A DNA stretch of 64,000 nt from Eledone cirrhosa (taxonomy: Eukaryota), in NCBI GenBank assembly GCA_964016885.1, contig OZ024740.1, positions 5,394,001 through 5,458,000 on the forward strand. Reading direction: 5' to 3'. Below the pieces are notes generated by a model that was given only the letters and a program-made list of their open reading frames with translations, had not been told where the DNA came from and made no database searches. Below are positions 26,191 through 39,300 of this stretch, piece by piece; position 1 is the stretch's first letter; every line of letters starts with the position of its first letter. The translations under genes were made by a program, and so were the position numbers.

Positions 26191-27074
26191 ACTACAATTA
26201 TCAAAATATACATCTATTTGTAGATGTTCTACAATTTATGTACAAGGTATGTTTATCACATATCAAAGTGTTTTATATCTTGGTTGATATTTGATAATAG
26301 CAGCTAAACTAAACACTACAACTAAATTGATCAAATTTGATCCCCCCCCCCTTCCGCATTCAGAAATGCTTCCACCACCCCTGTAATAATAGGTGTTCTG
26401 GGAATGGTAAAAAACATGCAGGTAGATACATAATGAAAATCACAGAACTTATAAATACAAATATATAAACCATCCAATAGACCATAGTTGCTTTCTTCCC
26501 ACCATTTCTAAATCCTCTACAATGTCCCTTATTTGGTACTTTGAGACATCCTATAGAACTATCACAATTTACTGGTCATTTGGAAGAAGAGATAAACCTT
26601 TTATTGCTAATTCATAGCTCCCTCAAAACCATGTTCTTTTTGTAGCTACTACTATGTTTTCAGAGCAAACTTCCTCCATTGGAAATTAGGTCACCAAGGT
26701 AACAAAAGTTATCAGTATATATATGTATATATATATATATACACACATATTTATATATATGTGTGTGTGTGCATATATATATATATATATATATACCCCT
26801 GCTAGTGAGGAAGATAGATGTTAAATGATGATGATGATGATATATATATATACAGCCGCATACACAAATATCATCATCATCATCATTTAATGTCCATTTT
26901 CTCTGCTAGCACCTATATACGTATGCACGCACGCACACACACACACACACGCGCACACACACACACACATAAGTGAGAGAAATGATTTCTATCCTTCTCT
27001 ACAATAGTCCAAATTTTGCTATTAAATATTAAAGTATTTAACAGGATTTCACATTTGGTGTGGTATTGTGAAAT

Positions 27075-27370
27075 GTCAGTGGTGGTGGTGGTGGTAGTGG
27101 TGGGGTGTTGGTGGTGGTGGGATGGTGGTGGGATGGGGTGTCCATGGGGTGATGGGGTGGTGGCTGTTGGGTGGGGTGGAGGTAATGGGATTGGGGTGGC
27201 GGGGTGGAGGTAGTGGGTTGGTGGTGGTGGTGGGGTGATGGTGGCTGGTGATGTTGGTGGTGATGGTGTGCTGTGGTGGTCTTAGAGTTGTTATTGGTGG
27301 TGGTAGCGGTGGTGGTTTTGTTGATGTAGTTGTCATAGTGGTGTAGTAAGTTGTAATGGTCACTGCTGTG
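27075..27370. repeat. Degenerate GGT-rich low-complexity lead-in to the satellite
   Basis: Irregular (GGT)n/GGGG tracts. Confidence 0.85.
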
Positions 27371-30300
27371 GTCTTGTTGTTGTTGGTAGTGGTGTGGTGG
27401 TGGTAGTGGTGTGGTGGTGGTGGATGTATGGTGGTAGTGTTGGTGGTGTTGTTGTTGTTGGTAGTGGTGTGGTGGTGGTGGAGTTATAGTGGTAGTGTTG
27501 GTGGTGTTGTTGGTAGTGGTGTGGTGGTGGTGGAGGTATGGTGGTAGTGTTGGTGGTGTTGTAGGTAGTGGTGTGGTGGTGGTGGAGGTATGGTGGTAGT
27601 GTTGATGGTGTTGTTGGTAGTGGTGTGGTGGTGTGGTGGAGGTGGAGGTATGGTGGTAGTGTTGGTGGTGTTGTTGGTAGTGGTGTGGTGGTGTGGTGGT
27701 GGTGGAGGTATGGTGGTAGTGTTGGTGGTGTTGTTGGTAGTGGTGTGGTGGTGGTGGAGGTATGGTGGTAGTGTTGGTGGTGTTGTTGGTAGTGGTATGG
27801 TGGTAGTGTTGGTGGTGTTGTTGGTAGTGGTGTGGTGGTAGTGGAGGTATGGTGGTAGTGTTGGTGGTGTTGTTGGTAGTGGTGTGGTGGTGTGGTGGTG
27901 GTGGAGGTATGGTGGTAGTGTTGGTGGTGTTGTTGGTAGTGGTGTGGTGGTGGTGGAGGTATGGTGGTAGTGTTGGTGGTGTTGTTGTTGTTGGTAGTGG
28001 TGTGGTGGTGGTGGAGGTATGGTGGTAGTGCTGGTGGTGTTGTTGGTAGTGGTGTGGTAGTGGTGGAGGTATGGTGGTAGTGTTGGTGGTGTTGTTGGTA
28101 GTGGTGTGGTAGTGGTGGAGGTATGGTGGTAGTGTTGGTGGTGTTGTTGGTAGTGGTGTGGTAGTGGTGGAGGTATGGTGGTAGTGTTGGTGGTGTTGTT
28201 GGTAGTGGTGTCGTGGTGGTGGAGGTATGATGGTAGTGTTGGTGGTGTTGTTGGTAGTGGTGTGGTGGTAGTGGAGGTATGGTGGTAGTGTTGGTGGTGT
28301 TGTTGGTAGTGGTGTGGTAGTGGTGGAGGTATGGTGGTAGTGTTGGTGGTGTTGTTGGTAGTGGTGTGGTAGTGGTGGAGGTATGGTGGTAGTGTTGGTG
28401 GTGTTGTTGGTAGTGGTGTGGTAGTGGTGGAGGATTGGTGGTAGTGTTGGTGGTGTTGTTGGTAGTGGTGTGGTAGTGGTGGAGGTATGGTGGTAGTGTT
28501 GGTGGTGTTGTTGGTAGTGGTGTGGTAGTGGTGGAGGTATGGTGGCAGTGTTGGTGGTGTTGTTGGTAGTGGTGTGGTAGTGGTGGAGGTATGGTGGTAG
28601 TGTTGGTGGTGTTGTTGGTAGTGGTGTGGTAGTGGTGGAGGTATGGCGGTAGTGTTGGTGGTGTTGTTGGTAGTGGTGTGGTAGTGGTGGAGGTATGGTG
28701 GTAGTGTTGGTGGTGTTGTTGGTAGTGGTATGGTGGTAGTGGAGGTGTGGTGGTAGTGTTGGTGGTGTTGTTGGTAGTGGTGTGGTAGTGGTGGAGGTAT
28801 GGTGGTAGTGTTGGTGGTGTTGTTGGTAGTGGTGTCGTGGTGGTGGAGGTATGATGGTAGTGGTGGTGGTGTTGTTGGTAGTGGTGTGGTGGTAGTGGAG
28901 ATATGGTGGTAGTGTTGGTGGTGTTGTTGGTAGTGGTGTGGTGGTGGTGGAGGTATGGTGGTAGTGTTGGTGGTGTTGCTGGTAGTGGTGTGGTTGTGGT
29001 GGAGGTATGGTGGTAGTGTTGGTGGTGTTGTTGGTAGTGGTGTGGTGGTGGTGGAGGTATGGTGGTAGTGTTGGTGGTGTTGTTGGTAGTGGTGTGGTGG
29101 TGGTGGAGGTATGGTGGTAGTGTTGGTGGTGTTGTTGGTAGTGGTGTGGTGGTGGTGGAGGTATGATGGTAGTGGTGGTGGTGTTGTTGGTAGTGGTGTG
29201 GTGGTAGTGAAGGTATGGTGGTAGTGTTGGTGGTGTTGTTGGTAGTGGTGTGGTAGTGGTGGAGGTATGGTGGTAGTGTTGGTGGTGTTGTTGGTAGTGG
29301 TGAGGTGGTGGTGGAGGTATGGTGGTAGTGTTGGTGGTGTTGTTGGTAGTGGTGTGGTAGTGGTGGAGGTATGGTGGTAGTGTTGGTGGTGTTGTTGGTA
29401 GTGGTGTGGTAGTGGTGGAGGTATGGTGGTAGTGTTGGTGGTGTTGTTGGTAGTGGTGTGGTGGTGGTGGAGGTATGGTGGTAGTGTTGGTGGTGTTGTT
29501 GGTAGTGGTGTGGTGGTAGTGGAGGTATGGTGGTAGTGTTGGTGGTGTTGTCGGTAGTGGTGTGGTGGTGGTGGAGGTATGGTGGTAGTGTTGGTGGTGT
29601 TGTTGGTAGTGGTGTGGTGGTGGTGGAGGTATGGTGGTAGTGTTGGTGGTGTTGTTGGTAGTGGTGTGGTAGTGGTGGAGGTATGGTGGTAGTGTTGGTG
29701 GTGTTGTTGGTAGTGGTGTGGTGGTGGTGGAGGTATGGTGGTAGTGTTGGTGGTGTTGTTGGTAGTGGTGTGGTGGTAGTGGAGGTATGGTGGTAGTGTT
29801 GGTGGTGTTGTCGGTAGTGGTGTGGTGGTGGTGGAGGTATGGTGGTAGTGTTGGTAGTGTTGTTGGTAGTGGTGTGGTGGTAGTGGAGGTATGGTGGTAG
29901 TGCTGGTGGTGTTGTTGGTAGTGGTGTGGTGGTGGTGGAGGTATGGTGGTAGTGTTGGTGGTGTTGTTGGTAGTGGTGTGGTAGTGGTGGATGTATGGTG
30001 GTAGTGTTGGTGGTGTTGTTGGTAGTGGTGTGGTGGTGGTGGAGGTATGGTGGTAGTGTTGGTGGTGTTGTTGGTAGTGGTGTGGTGGTAGTGGAGGTAT
30101 GGTGGTAGTGTTGGTGGTGTTGTTGGTAGTGATGTGGTAGTGGTGGAGGTATGGTGGTAGCGTTGGTGGTGTTGTTGGTAGTGGTGTGGTGGTAGTTGTG
30201 GTATGGTAGTAGTGTTGGTGGTGTTGTTGGTAGTGGTATGGTAGTGGTGGAGGTATGGTGGTAGTGTTGGTTGTGTTGTTGGTAGTGGTGTGGTAGTGGT

Positions 30301-33300
30301 GGAGGTATGGTGGTAGTGTTGGTGGTGTTGTTGGTAGTGGTGTGGTGGTAGTGAAGGTATGGTGGTAGTGTTGGTGGTGTTGTTGGTAGTGGTGTGGTGG
30401 TTGTGGAGTAATGGTGGTAGTGCTGGTGGTGTTGTTGGTAGTGGTGTGGTGGTGGTGGAGGTATGGTGGTAGTGTTGGTGGTGTTGTTCGTAGTGGTGTG
30501 GTGGTAGTGGAGGTATGGTGGTAGTGTTGGTGGTGTTGTTGGTAGTGGTGTGGTGGTGGTGGAGGTATGGTGGTAGTGTTGGTGGTGTTGTTGGTAGTGG
30601 TGTGGTGGTAGTGGAGGTATGGTGGTAGTGTTGGTGGTGTTGTTGGTAGTGGTGTGGTGGTGGTGGAGGTATGGTGGTAGTGTTGGTGGTGTTGTTCGTA
30701 GTGGTGTGGTAGTGGTGGAGGTATGGTGGTAGTGTTGGTGGTGTTGTTGGTAGTGGTGTAGTGGTAGTGGAGGTATGGTGGTAGTGTTGGTGGTGTTGTT
30801 GGTAGTGGTGTGGTGGTGGTGGAGGTATGGTGGTAGTGTTGGTGGTGTTGTTGGTAGTGGTGTGGTGGTGGTGGAGGTATGGTGGTAGTGTTGGTGGTGT
30901 TGTTGGTAGTGGTGTGGTGGTGGTGGAGGTATTGTGGTAGTGTTGGTGGTGTTGTTGGTAGTGGTGTGGTGGTAGTGGAGGTATGGTGGTAGTGTTGGTG
31001 GTGTTGTTGGTAGTGGTGTGGTGGTGGTGGAGGTATGGTGGTAGTGCTGGTGGTGTTGTTGGTAGTGGTGTGGTGGTAGTGGAGGTATGGTGGTAGTGCT
31101 GGTGGTGTTGTTGGTAGTGGTGTGGTGGTAGTGGAGGTATGGTGGTAGTGTTGGTGGTGTTGTTGGTAGTGGTGTGGTGGTGGTGGAGGTATGGTGGTAG
31201 TGTTGGTGGTGTTGTTGTTGTTGGTAGTGGTGTGGTGGTGGTGGAGGTATGGTGGTAGTGTTGGTGGTGTTGTTGGTAGTGGTGTGGTGGTGGTGGAGTA
31301 ATGGTGGTAGTGCTGGTGGTGTTGTTGGTAGCGGTGTGGTGGAAGTATGGTGGTAGTGTTGGTGGTGTTGTTGGTAGTGGTGTGGTAGTGGTGGAGGTAT
31401 GGTGGTAGTGTAGGTGGTGTTGTAGGTAGTGGTGTGGTGGTGGTGGAGGTATGGTGGTAGTGTTGGTGGTGTTGTTGGTAGTGGTGTGGTGGAAGTATGG
31501 TGGTAGTGTTGGTGGTGTTGTTGGTAGTGGTGTGGTGGTAGTGAAGGTATGGTGGTAGTGTTGGTGGTTTTGTTGGTAGTGGTGTTGGTGGTGTTGTTGG
31601 TAGTGGTGTGGTGTTGGTGGAGGTATGGTGGTAGTGTTGTTGGTGTTGTTGGTAGTGGTGTTGGTGGTGTTGTTGGTAGTGGTGTGGTGTTGGTGGAGGT
31701 ATGGTGGTAGTGTTGGTGGTGTTGTTGGTAGTGGTGTGGTGGTGGTGGAGTAATGGTGGTAGTGCTGGTGGTGTTGTTGGTAGTGGTGTGGTGGAAATAT
31801 GGTGGTAGTGTTGGTGGTGTTGTTGGTAGTGGTGTGGTAGTGGTGGAGGTATGGTGGTAGTGTAGGTGGTGTTGTAGGTAGTGGTGTGCTGGTGGTGGAG
31901 GTATGGTGGTAGTGTTGGTGGTGTTGTTGGTAGTGGTGTGGTGGAAGTATGGTGGTAGTGTTGGTGGTGTTGTTGGTAGTGGTGTGGTGGTAGTGAAGGT
32001 ATGGTGGTAGTGTTGGTGGTGTTGTTGGTAGTGGTGTGGTGGAAGTATGGTGGTAGTGTTGGTGGTGTTGTTGGTAGTGGTGTGGTGTTGGTGGAGGTAT
32101 GATGGTAGTGTTGGTGGTGTTGTTGGTAGTGGTGTGGTGGTAGTGGAGGTATGATGGTAGTGTTGGTGGTGTTGTTGGTAGTGGTGTGGTGTTGGTGGAG
32201 GTATGATGGTAGTGTTGGTGGTGTTGTTGGTAGTGGTGTGGTGGTGGTGGAGGTATAGTGGTAGTGTTGGTGGTGTTGTTGGTAGTGGTGTGGTGTTGGT
32301 GGAGGTATGGTGGTAGTGTTGGTGGTGTTGTTGTTGGTAGTGGTGTGGTGGTGGTGGAGGTATGGTGGTAGTGTTGGTGGTGTTGTTGGTAGTGGTGTGG
32401 TGGTGGTGGAGGTATGGTGGTAGTGTTGGTGGTGTTGTTGTTGTTGGTAGTGGTGTGGTGGTGGTGGAGGTATGGTGGTAGTGTTGGTGGTGTTGTTGGT
32501 AGTGGTGTGGTGGTTGTGGAGTAATGGTGGTAGTGTTGGTGGTGTTGTTGGTAGTGGTGTGGTGGTAGTGGAGGTATGGTGGTAGTGCTGGTGGTGTTGT
32601 TGGTAGTGGTGTGGTGGTGGTGGAGGTATGGTGATAGTGTTGGTGGTGTTGTTCGTAGTGGTGTGGTGGTAGTGGAGGTATGGTGGTAGTGTTGGTGGTG
32701 TTGTTGGTAGTGGTGTGGTGGTGGTGGAGGTATGGTGGTAGTGTTGGTGGTGTTGTTGGTAGTGGTGTGGTGGTGGTGGAGGTATGGTGGTAGTGTTGGT
32801 GGTGTTGTTGGTAGTGGTGTGGTGGTGGTGGAGGTATGGTGGTAGTGTTGGTGGTGTTGTTGGTAGTGGTGTGGTGGTAGTGGAGGTATGGTGGTAGTGT
32901 TGGTGGTGTTGTTGGTAGTGGTGTGGTGGTGGTGGAGGTATGGTGGTAGTGCTGGTGGTGTTGTTGGTAGTGGTGTGGTGGTAGTGGAGGTATGGTGGTA
33001 GTGCTGGTGGTGTTGTTGGTAGTGGTGTGGTGGTAGTGGAGGTATGGTGGTAGTGTTGGTGGTGTTGTTGGTAGTGGTGTGGTGGTGGTGGAGGTATGGT
33101 GGTAGTGTTGGTGGTGTTGTTGTTGTTGGTAGTGGTGTGGTGGTGGTGGAGGTATGGTGGTAGTGTTGGTGGTGTTGTTGGTAGTGGTGTGGTGGTGGTG
33201 GAGTAATGGTGGTAGTGCTGGTGGTGTTGTTGGTAGTGGTGTGGTAGTGGTGGAGGTATGGTGGTAGTGTAGGTGGTGTTGTAGGTAGTGGTGTGGTGGT

Positions 33301-36300
33301 GGTGGAGGTATGGTGGTAGTGTTGGTGGTGTTGTTGGTAGTGGTGTGGTGGAAGTATGGTGGTAGTGTTGGTGGTGTTGTTGGTAGTGGTGTGGTGGTAG
33401 TGAAGGTATGGTGGTAGTGTTGGTGGTGTTGTTGGTAGTGGTGTTGGTGGTGTTGTTGGTAGTGGTGTGGTGTTGGTGGAGGTATGGTGGTAGTGTTGGT
33501 GGTTTTGTTGGTAGTGGTGTTGGTGGTGTTGTTGGTAGTGGTGTGGTGTTGGTGGAGGTATGGTGGTAGTGTTGTTGGTGTTGTTGGTAGTGGTGTTGGT
33601 GGTGTTGTTGGTAGTGGTGTGGTGTTGGTGGAGATATGGTGGTAGTGTTGGTGGTTTTGTTGGTAGTGGTGTTGGTGGTGTTGTTGGTAGTGGTGTGGTG
33701 TTGGTGGAGGTATGGTGGTAGTGTTGGTGGTGTTGTTGGTAGTGGTGTGGTAGTGGTGGAGGTATGGTGGTAGTGTAGGTGGTGTTGTAGGTAGTGGTGT
33801 GGTGGTGGTGGAGGTATGGTGGTAGTGTTGGTGGTGTTGTTGGTAGTGGTGTGGTGGAAGTATGGTGGTAGTGTTGGTGGTGTTGTTGGTAGTGGTGTGG
33901 TGGTAGTGAAGGTATGGTGGTAGTGTTGGTGGTGTTGTTGGTAGTGGTGTTGGTGGTGTTGTTGGTAGTGGTGTGGTGTTGGTGGAGGTATGGTGGTAGT
34001 GTTGGTGGTTTTGTTGGTAGTGGTGTTGGTGGTGTTGTTGGTAGTGGTGTGGTGTTGGTGGAGGTATGGTGGTAGTGTTGTTGGTGTTGTTGGTAGTGGT
34101 GTTGGTGGTGTTGTTGGTAGTGGTGTGGTGTTGGTGGAGATATGGTGGTAGTGTTGGTGGTTTTGTTGGTAGTGGTGTTGGTGGTGTTGTTGGTAGTGGT
34201 GTGGTGTTGGTGGAGGTATGGTGGTAGTGTTGGTGGTGTTGTTGGTAGTGGTGTGGTGGTGGTGGAGGTATGGTGATAGTGATGGTGGTGTTGTTGGTAG
34301 TAGTGTGGTGGTGGTGGAGTAATGGTGGTAGTGTTGGTGGTGTTGTTGGTAGTGGTGTGGTAGTGGTGGAGGTAGGTGGTAGCGTTGGTGGTGTTGTTGG
34401 TAGTGGTGTGGTGGTAGTTGTGGTATGGTGGTAGTGTTGGTGGTGTTGTTGGTAGTGGTATGGTAGTGGTGGAGGTATGGTGGTAGTGTTGGTTGTGTTG
34501 TTGGTAGTGGTGTGGTAGTGGTGGAGGTATGGTGGTAGTGTTGGTGGTGTTGTTGGTAGTGGTGTGGTGGTAGTGAAGGTATGGTGGTAGTGTTGGTGGT
34601 GTTGTTGGTAGTGGTGTGGTGGAAGTATGGTGGTAGTGTTGGTGGTGTTGTTGGTAGTGGTGTGGTGTTGGTGGAGGTATGATGGTAGTGTTGGTGGTGT
34701 TGTTGGTAGTGGTGTGGTGGTAGTGGAGGTATGGTGGTAGTGTTGGTGGTGTTGTTGGTAGTGGTGTGGTGTTGGTGGAGGTATGATGGTAGTGTTGGTG
34801 GTGTTGTTGGTAGTGGTGTGGTGGTGGTGGAGGCATAGTGGTAGTGTTGGTGGTGTTGTTGGTAGTGGTGTGGTGTTGGTGGAGGTATGGTGGTAGTGTT
34901 GGTGGTGTTGTTGTTGGTAGTGGTGTGGTGGTGGTGGAGGTATGGTGGTAGTGTTGGTGGTGTTGTTGGTAGTGGTGTGGTGGTGGTGGAGGTATGGTGG
35001 TAGTGTTGGTGGTGTTGTTGTTGTTGGTAGTGGTGTGGTGGTGGTGGAGGTATGGTGGTAGTGTTGGTGGTGTTGTTGGTAGTGGTGTGGTGGTTGTGGA
35101 GTAATGGTGGTAGTGTTGGTGGTGTTGTTGGTAGTGGTGTGGTGGTAGTGGAGGTATGGTGGTAGTGCTGGTGGTGTTGTTGGTAGTGGTGTGGTGGTGG
35201 TGGAGGTATGGTGGTAGTGTTGGTGGTGTTGTTCGTAGTGGTGTGGTGGTAGTGGAGGTATGGTGGTAGTGTTGGTGGTGTTGTTGGTAGTGGTGTGGTG
35301 GTAGTGGAGGTATGGTGGTAGTGTTGGTGGTGTTGTCGGTAGTGGTGTGGTGGTGGTGGAGGTATGGTGGTAGTGTTGGTGGTGTTGTTGGTAGTGGTGT
35401 GGTAGTGGTGGAGGTATGGTGGTAGTGTTGGTGGTGTTGTTGGTAGTGGTGTGGTGGTGGTGGAGGTATGGTGGTAGTGTTGGTGGTGTTGTTGGTAGTG
35501 GTGTGGTGGTAGTGGAGGTATGGTGGTAGTGTTGGTGGTGTTGTTGGTAGTGGTATGGTGGTGGTGGAGGTATGGTGGTAGTGCTGGTGGTGTTGTTGGT
35601 AGTGGTGTGGTGGTAGTGGAGGTATGGTGGTAGTGCTGGTGGTGTTGTTGGTAGTGGTGTGGTGGTAGTGGAGGTATGGTGGTAGTGTTGGTGGTGTTGT
35701 TGGTAGTGGTGTGGTGGTGGTGGAGGTATGGTGGTAGTGTTGGTGGTGTTGTTGTTGTTGGTAGTGGTGTGGTGGTGGTGGAGGTATGGTGGTAGTGTTG
35801 GTGGTGTTGTTGGTAGTGGTGTGGTGGTGGTGGAGTAATGGTGGTAGTGCTGGTGGTGTTGTTGGTAGTGGTGTGGTGGAAATATGGTGGTAGTGTTGGT
35901 GGTGTTGTTGGTAGTGGTGTGGTAGTGGTGGAGGTATGGTGGTAGTGTAGGTGGTGTTGTAGGTAGTGGTGTGGTGGTGGTGGAGGTATGGTGGTAGTGT
36001 TGGTGGTGTTGTTGGTAGTGGTGTGGTGGAAGTATGGTGGTAGTGTTGGTGGTGTTGTTGGTAGTGGTGTGGTGGTAGTGAAGGTATGGTGGTAGTGTTG
36101 GTGGTTTTGTTGGTAGTGGTGTTGGTGGTGTTGTTGGTAGTGGTGTGGTGTTGGTGGAGGTATGGTGGTAGTGTTGGTGGTGTTGTTGGTAGTGGTGTGG
36201 TGTTGGTGGAGGTATGGTGGTAGTGTTGGTGGTGTTGTTGGTAGTGGTGTGGTGGTGGTGGAGGTATGGTGATAGTGTTGGTGGTGTTGTTGGTAGTAGT

Positions 36301-39300
36301 GTGGTGGTGGTGGAGTAATGGTGGTAGTGTTGGTGGTGTTGTTGGTAGTGGTGTGGTGGTAGTGGAGGTATGGTGGTAGTGTTGGTGGTGTTGTTGGTAG
36401 TGGTATGGTGGTAGTAGAGGTATGGTGGTAGTGTTGGTGGTGTTGTTGGTAGTGGTATGGTGGTAGTGGAGGTATGGTGGTAGTGTTGGTGGTGTTGTTG
36501 GTAGTGGTGTGGTGGTAGTGGAGGTATGGTGGTAGTGTTGGTGGTGTTGTTGGTAGTGGTGTGGTAGTGGTGGAGGTATGGTGGTAGTGCTGGTGGTGTT
36601 GTTGGTAGTGGTGTGGTGGTAGTGGAGGTATGGTGGTAATGTTGGTGGTGTTGTTGGTAGTGGTGTGGTGGAAGTATGGTGGTAGTGTTGGTGGTGTTGT
36701 TGGTAGTGGTGTGGTAGTGGTGGAGGTATGGTGGTAGTGTAGGTGGTGTTGTAGGTAGTGGTGTGGTGGTGGTGGAGGTATGGTGGTAGTGTTGGTGGTG
36801 TTGTTGGTAGTGGTGTGGTGGAAGTATGGTGGTAGTGTTGGTGGTGTTGTTGGTAGTGGTGTGGTGGTAGTGAAGGTATGGTGGTAGTGTTGGTGGTTTT
36901 GTTGGTAGTGGTGTTGGTGGTGTTGTTGGTAGTGGTGTGGTGTTGGTGGAGGTATGTTGGTAGTGTTGGTGCTGTTGTTGGTAGTGGTGTGGTGTTGGTG
37001 GAGGTATGGTGGTAGTGTTGGTGGTGTTGTTGGTAGTGGTGTGGTGGTGGTGGAGGTATGGTGGTAGTGTTGGTGGTGTTGTTGGTAGTAGTGTGGTGGT
37101 GGTGGAGTAATGGTGGTAGTGTTGGTGGTGTTGTTGGTAGTGGTGTGGTGGTAGTGGAGGTATGGTGGTAGTGTTGGTGGTGTTGTCGGTAGTGGTATGG
37201 TGGTAGTGGAGGTATGGTGGTAGTGTTGGTGGTGTTGTTGGTAGTGGTATGGTGGTAGTGGAGGTATGGTGGTAGTGTTGGTGGTGTTGTTGGTAGTGGT
37301 GTGGTGGTAGTGGAGGTATGGTGGTAGTGTTGGTGGTGTTGTTGGTAGTGGTGTGGTAGTGGTGGAGGTATGGTGGTAGTGCTGGTGGTGTTGTTGGTAG
37401 TGGTGAGGTGGTAGTGGAGGTATGGTGGTAATGTTGGTGGTGTTGTTGGTAGTGGTGTGGTGGTGGTGGAGGTATGGTGGTAGTGTTGGTGGTGTTGTTG
37501 GTAGTGGTGTGGTGGTAGTGGAGGTATGGTGGTAGTGTTGGTGGTGTTGTTGGTAGTGGTATGGTGGTAGTGGAGGTATGGTGGTAGTGTTGGTGGTGTT
37601 GTTGGTAGTGGTGTGGTAGTGGTGGAGGTATGGTGGTAGTGCTGGTGGTGTTGTTGGTAGTGGTGTGGTGGTAGTGGAGGTATGGTGGTAGTGTTGGTGG
37701 TGTTGTTGGTAGTGGTGTGGTGGTGGTGGAGGTATGGTGGTAGTGTTGGTGGTGTTGTTGGTAGTGGTGTGGTGGTGGTGGAGGTATGGTGGTAGTGTTG
37801 GTGGTGTTGTTGCTAGTGGTGTGGTGGTAGTGAAGGTATGGTGGTAGTGTTGGTGGTTTTGTTGGTAGTGGTGTTGTGGTGGTGGAGGTATGGTGGTAGT
37901 GCTGGTGGTGTTGTTGGTAGTGGTGTGGTGGTAGTGGAGGTATGGTGGTAGTGTTGGTGGTGTTGTTGGTAGTGGTGTGGTGGTGGTGGAGGTATGGTGG
38001 TAGTGTTGGTGGTGTTGTTGGTAGTGGTGTGGTGGTAGTGGAGGTATGGTAGTAGTGTTGGTGGTGTTGTTGGTAGTGGTGTGGTGGTGGTGGAGGTATG
38101 GCGGTAGTGTTGGTGGTGTTGTTGGTAGTGAAGTGGTGGTGTGGTGTTGGTGGAGGTATGGTGGTAGTGTTGGTGGTGTTGTTGGTAGTGGTGTGGTGGT
38201 AGTGGAGGTATGGTGGTAGTGTTGGTGGTGTTGTTGGTAGTGGTGTGGTGGTGGTGGATGTATGGCGGTAGTGTTGGTGGTGTTGTTGGTAGTGGTATGG
38301 TGGTAGTGGAGGTATGGTGATAGTGTTGGTGGTGTTGTTGGTAGTGGTGTGGTGTTGGTGGAGGTATGGTGGTAGTGTTGGTGGTGTTGTTGGTAGTGGT
38401 GTGGTGGTAGTGGAGGTATGGTGGTAGTGTTGGTGGTGTTGTTGGTAGTGGTGTGGTGTTGGTGGAGGTATGGTGGTAGTGTTGGTGGTGTTGTTGGCAG
38501 TGGTGTGGTGGTAGTGGAGGTAAGGTGGTAGTGTTGGTGGTGTTGTTGGTAGTGGTGTGGTGGTGGGGGAGGTATGGCGGTAGTGTTGGTGGTGTTGTTG
38601 GTAGTGGTGTGGTGGTGTGGTGTTGGTGGAGGTATGGTGGTAATGTTGGTGGTGTTGTTGGTAGTGGTGTGGTAGTGGTGGAGGTATGGTGCTAGTGTTG
38701 GTGGTGTTGTTGGTAGTGGTGTGGTGGTGGGGGAGGTATGGCGGTAGTGTTGGTGGTGTTGTTGGTAGTGGTGTGGTGGTGTGGTGTTGGTGGAGGTATG
38801 GTGGTAATGTTGGTGGTGTTGTTGGTAGTGGTGTGGTAGTGGTGGAGGTATGGTGCTAGTGTTGGTGGTGTTGTTGGTAGTGGTGTGGTGGTGGGGGAGG
38901 TATGGCGGTAGTGTTGGTGGTGTTGTTGGTAGTGGTGTGGTGGTGTGGTGTTGGTGGAGGTATGGTGGTAGTGTTGGTGGTGTTGTTGGTAGTGGTGTGG
39001 TAGTGGTGGAGGTATGGTGGTAGTGTTGGTGGTGTTGTTGGTAGTGGTGTGGTAGTGGTGGAGGTATGGTGGTAGTGTTGGTGGTGTTGTTGGTAGTGGT
39101 GTGGTGCTGGTGGAGGTATGGTGGTAGTGTTGGTGGTGTTGTTGGTAGTGGTGTGGTAGTGTTGGAGGTATGGTGGTAGTGTTGGTGGTGATGTTGGTAG
39201 TGGTGTGGTGGTGGTGGAGGTATGGTGGTAGTGTTGGTGGTGTTGTTGGTAGTGGTGTGGTAGTGGTGGAGGTATGGTGGTAGTGTTGGTGGTGTTGTTG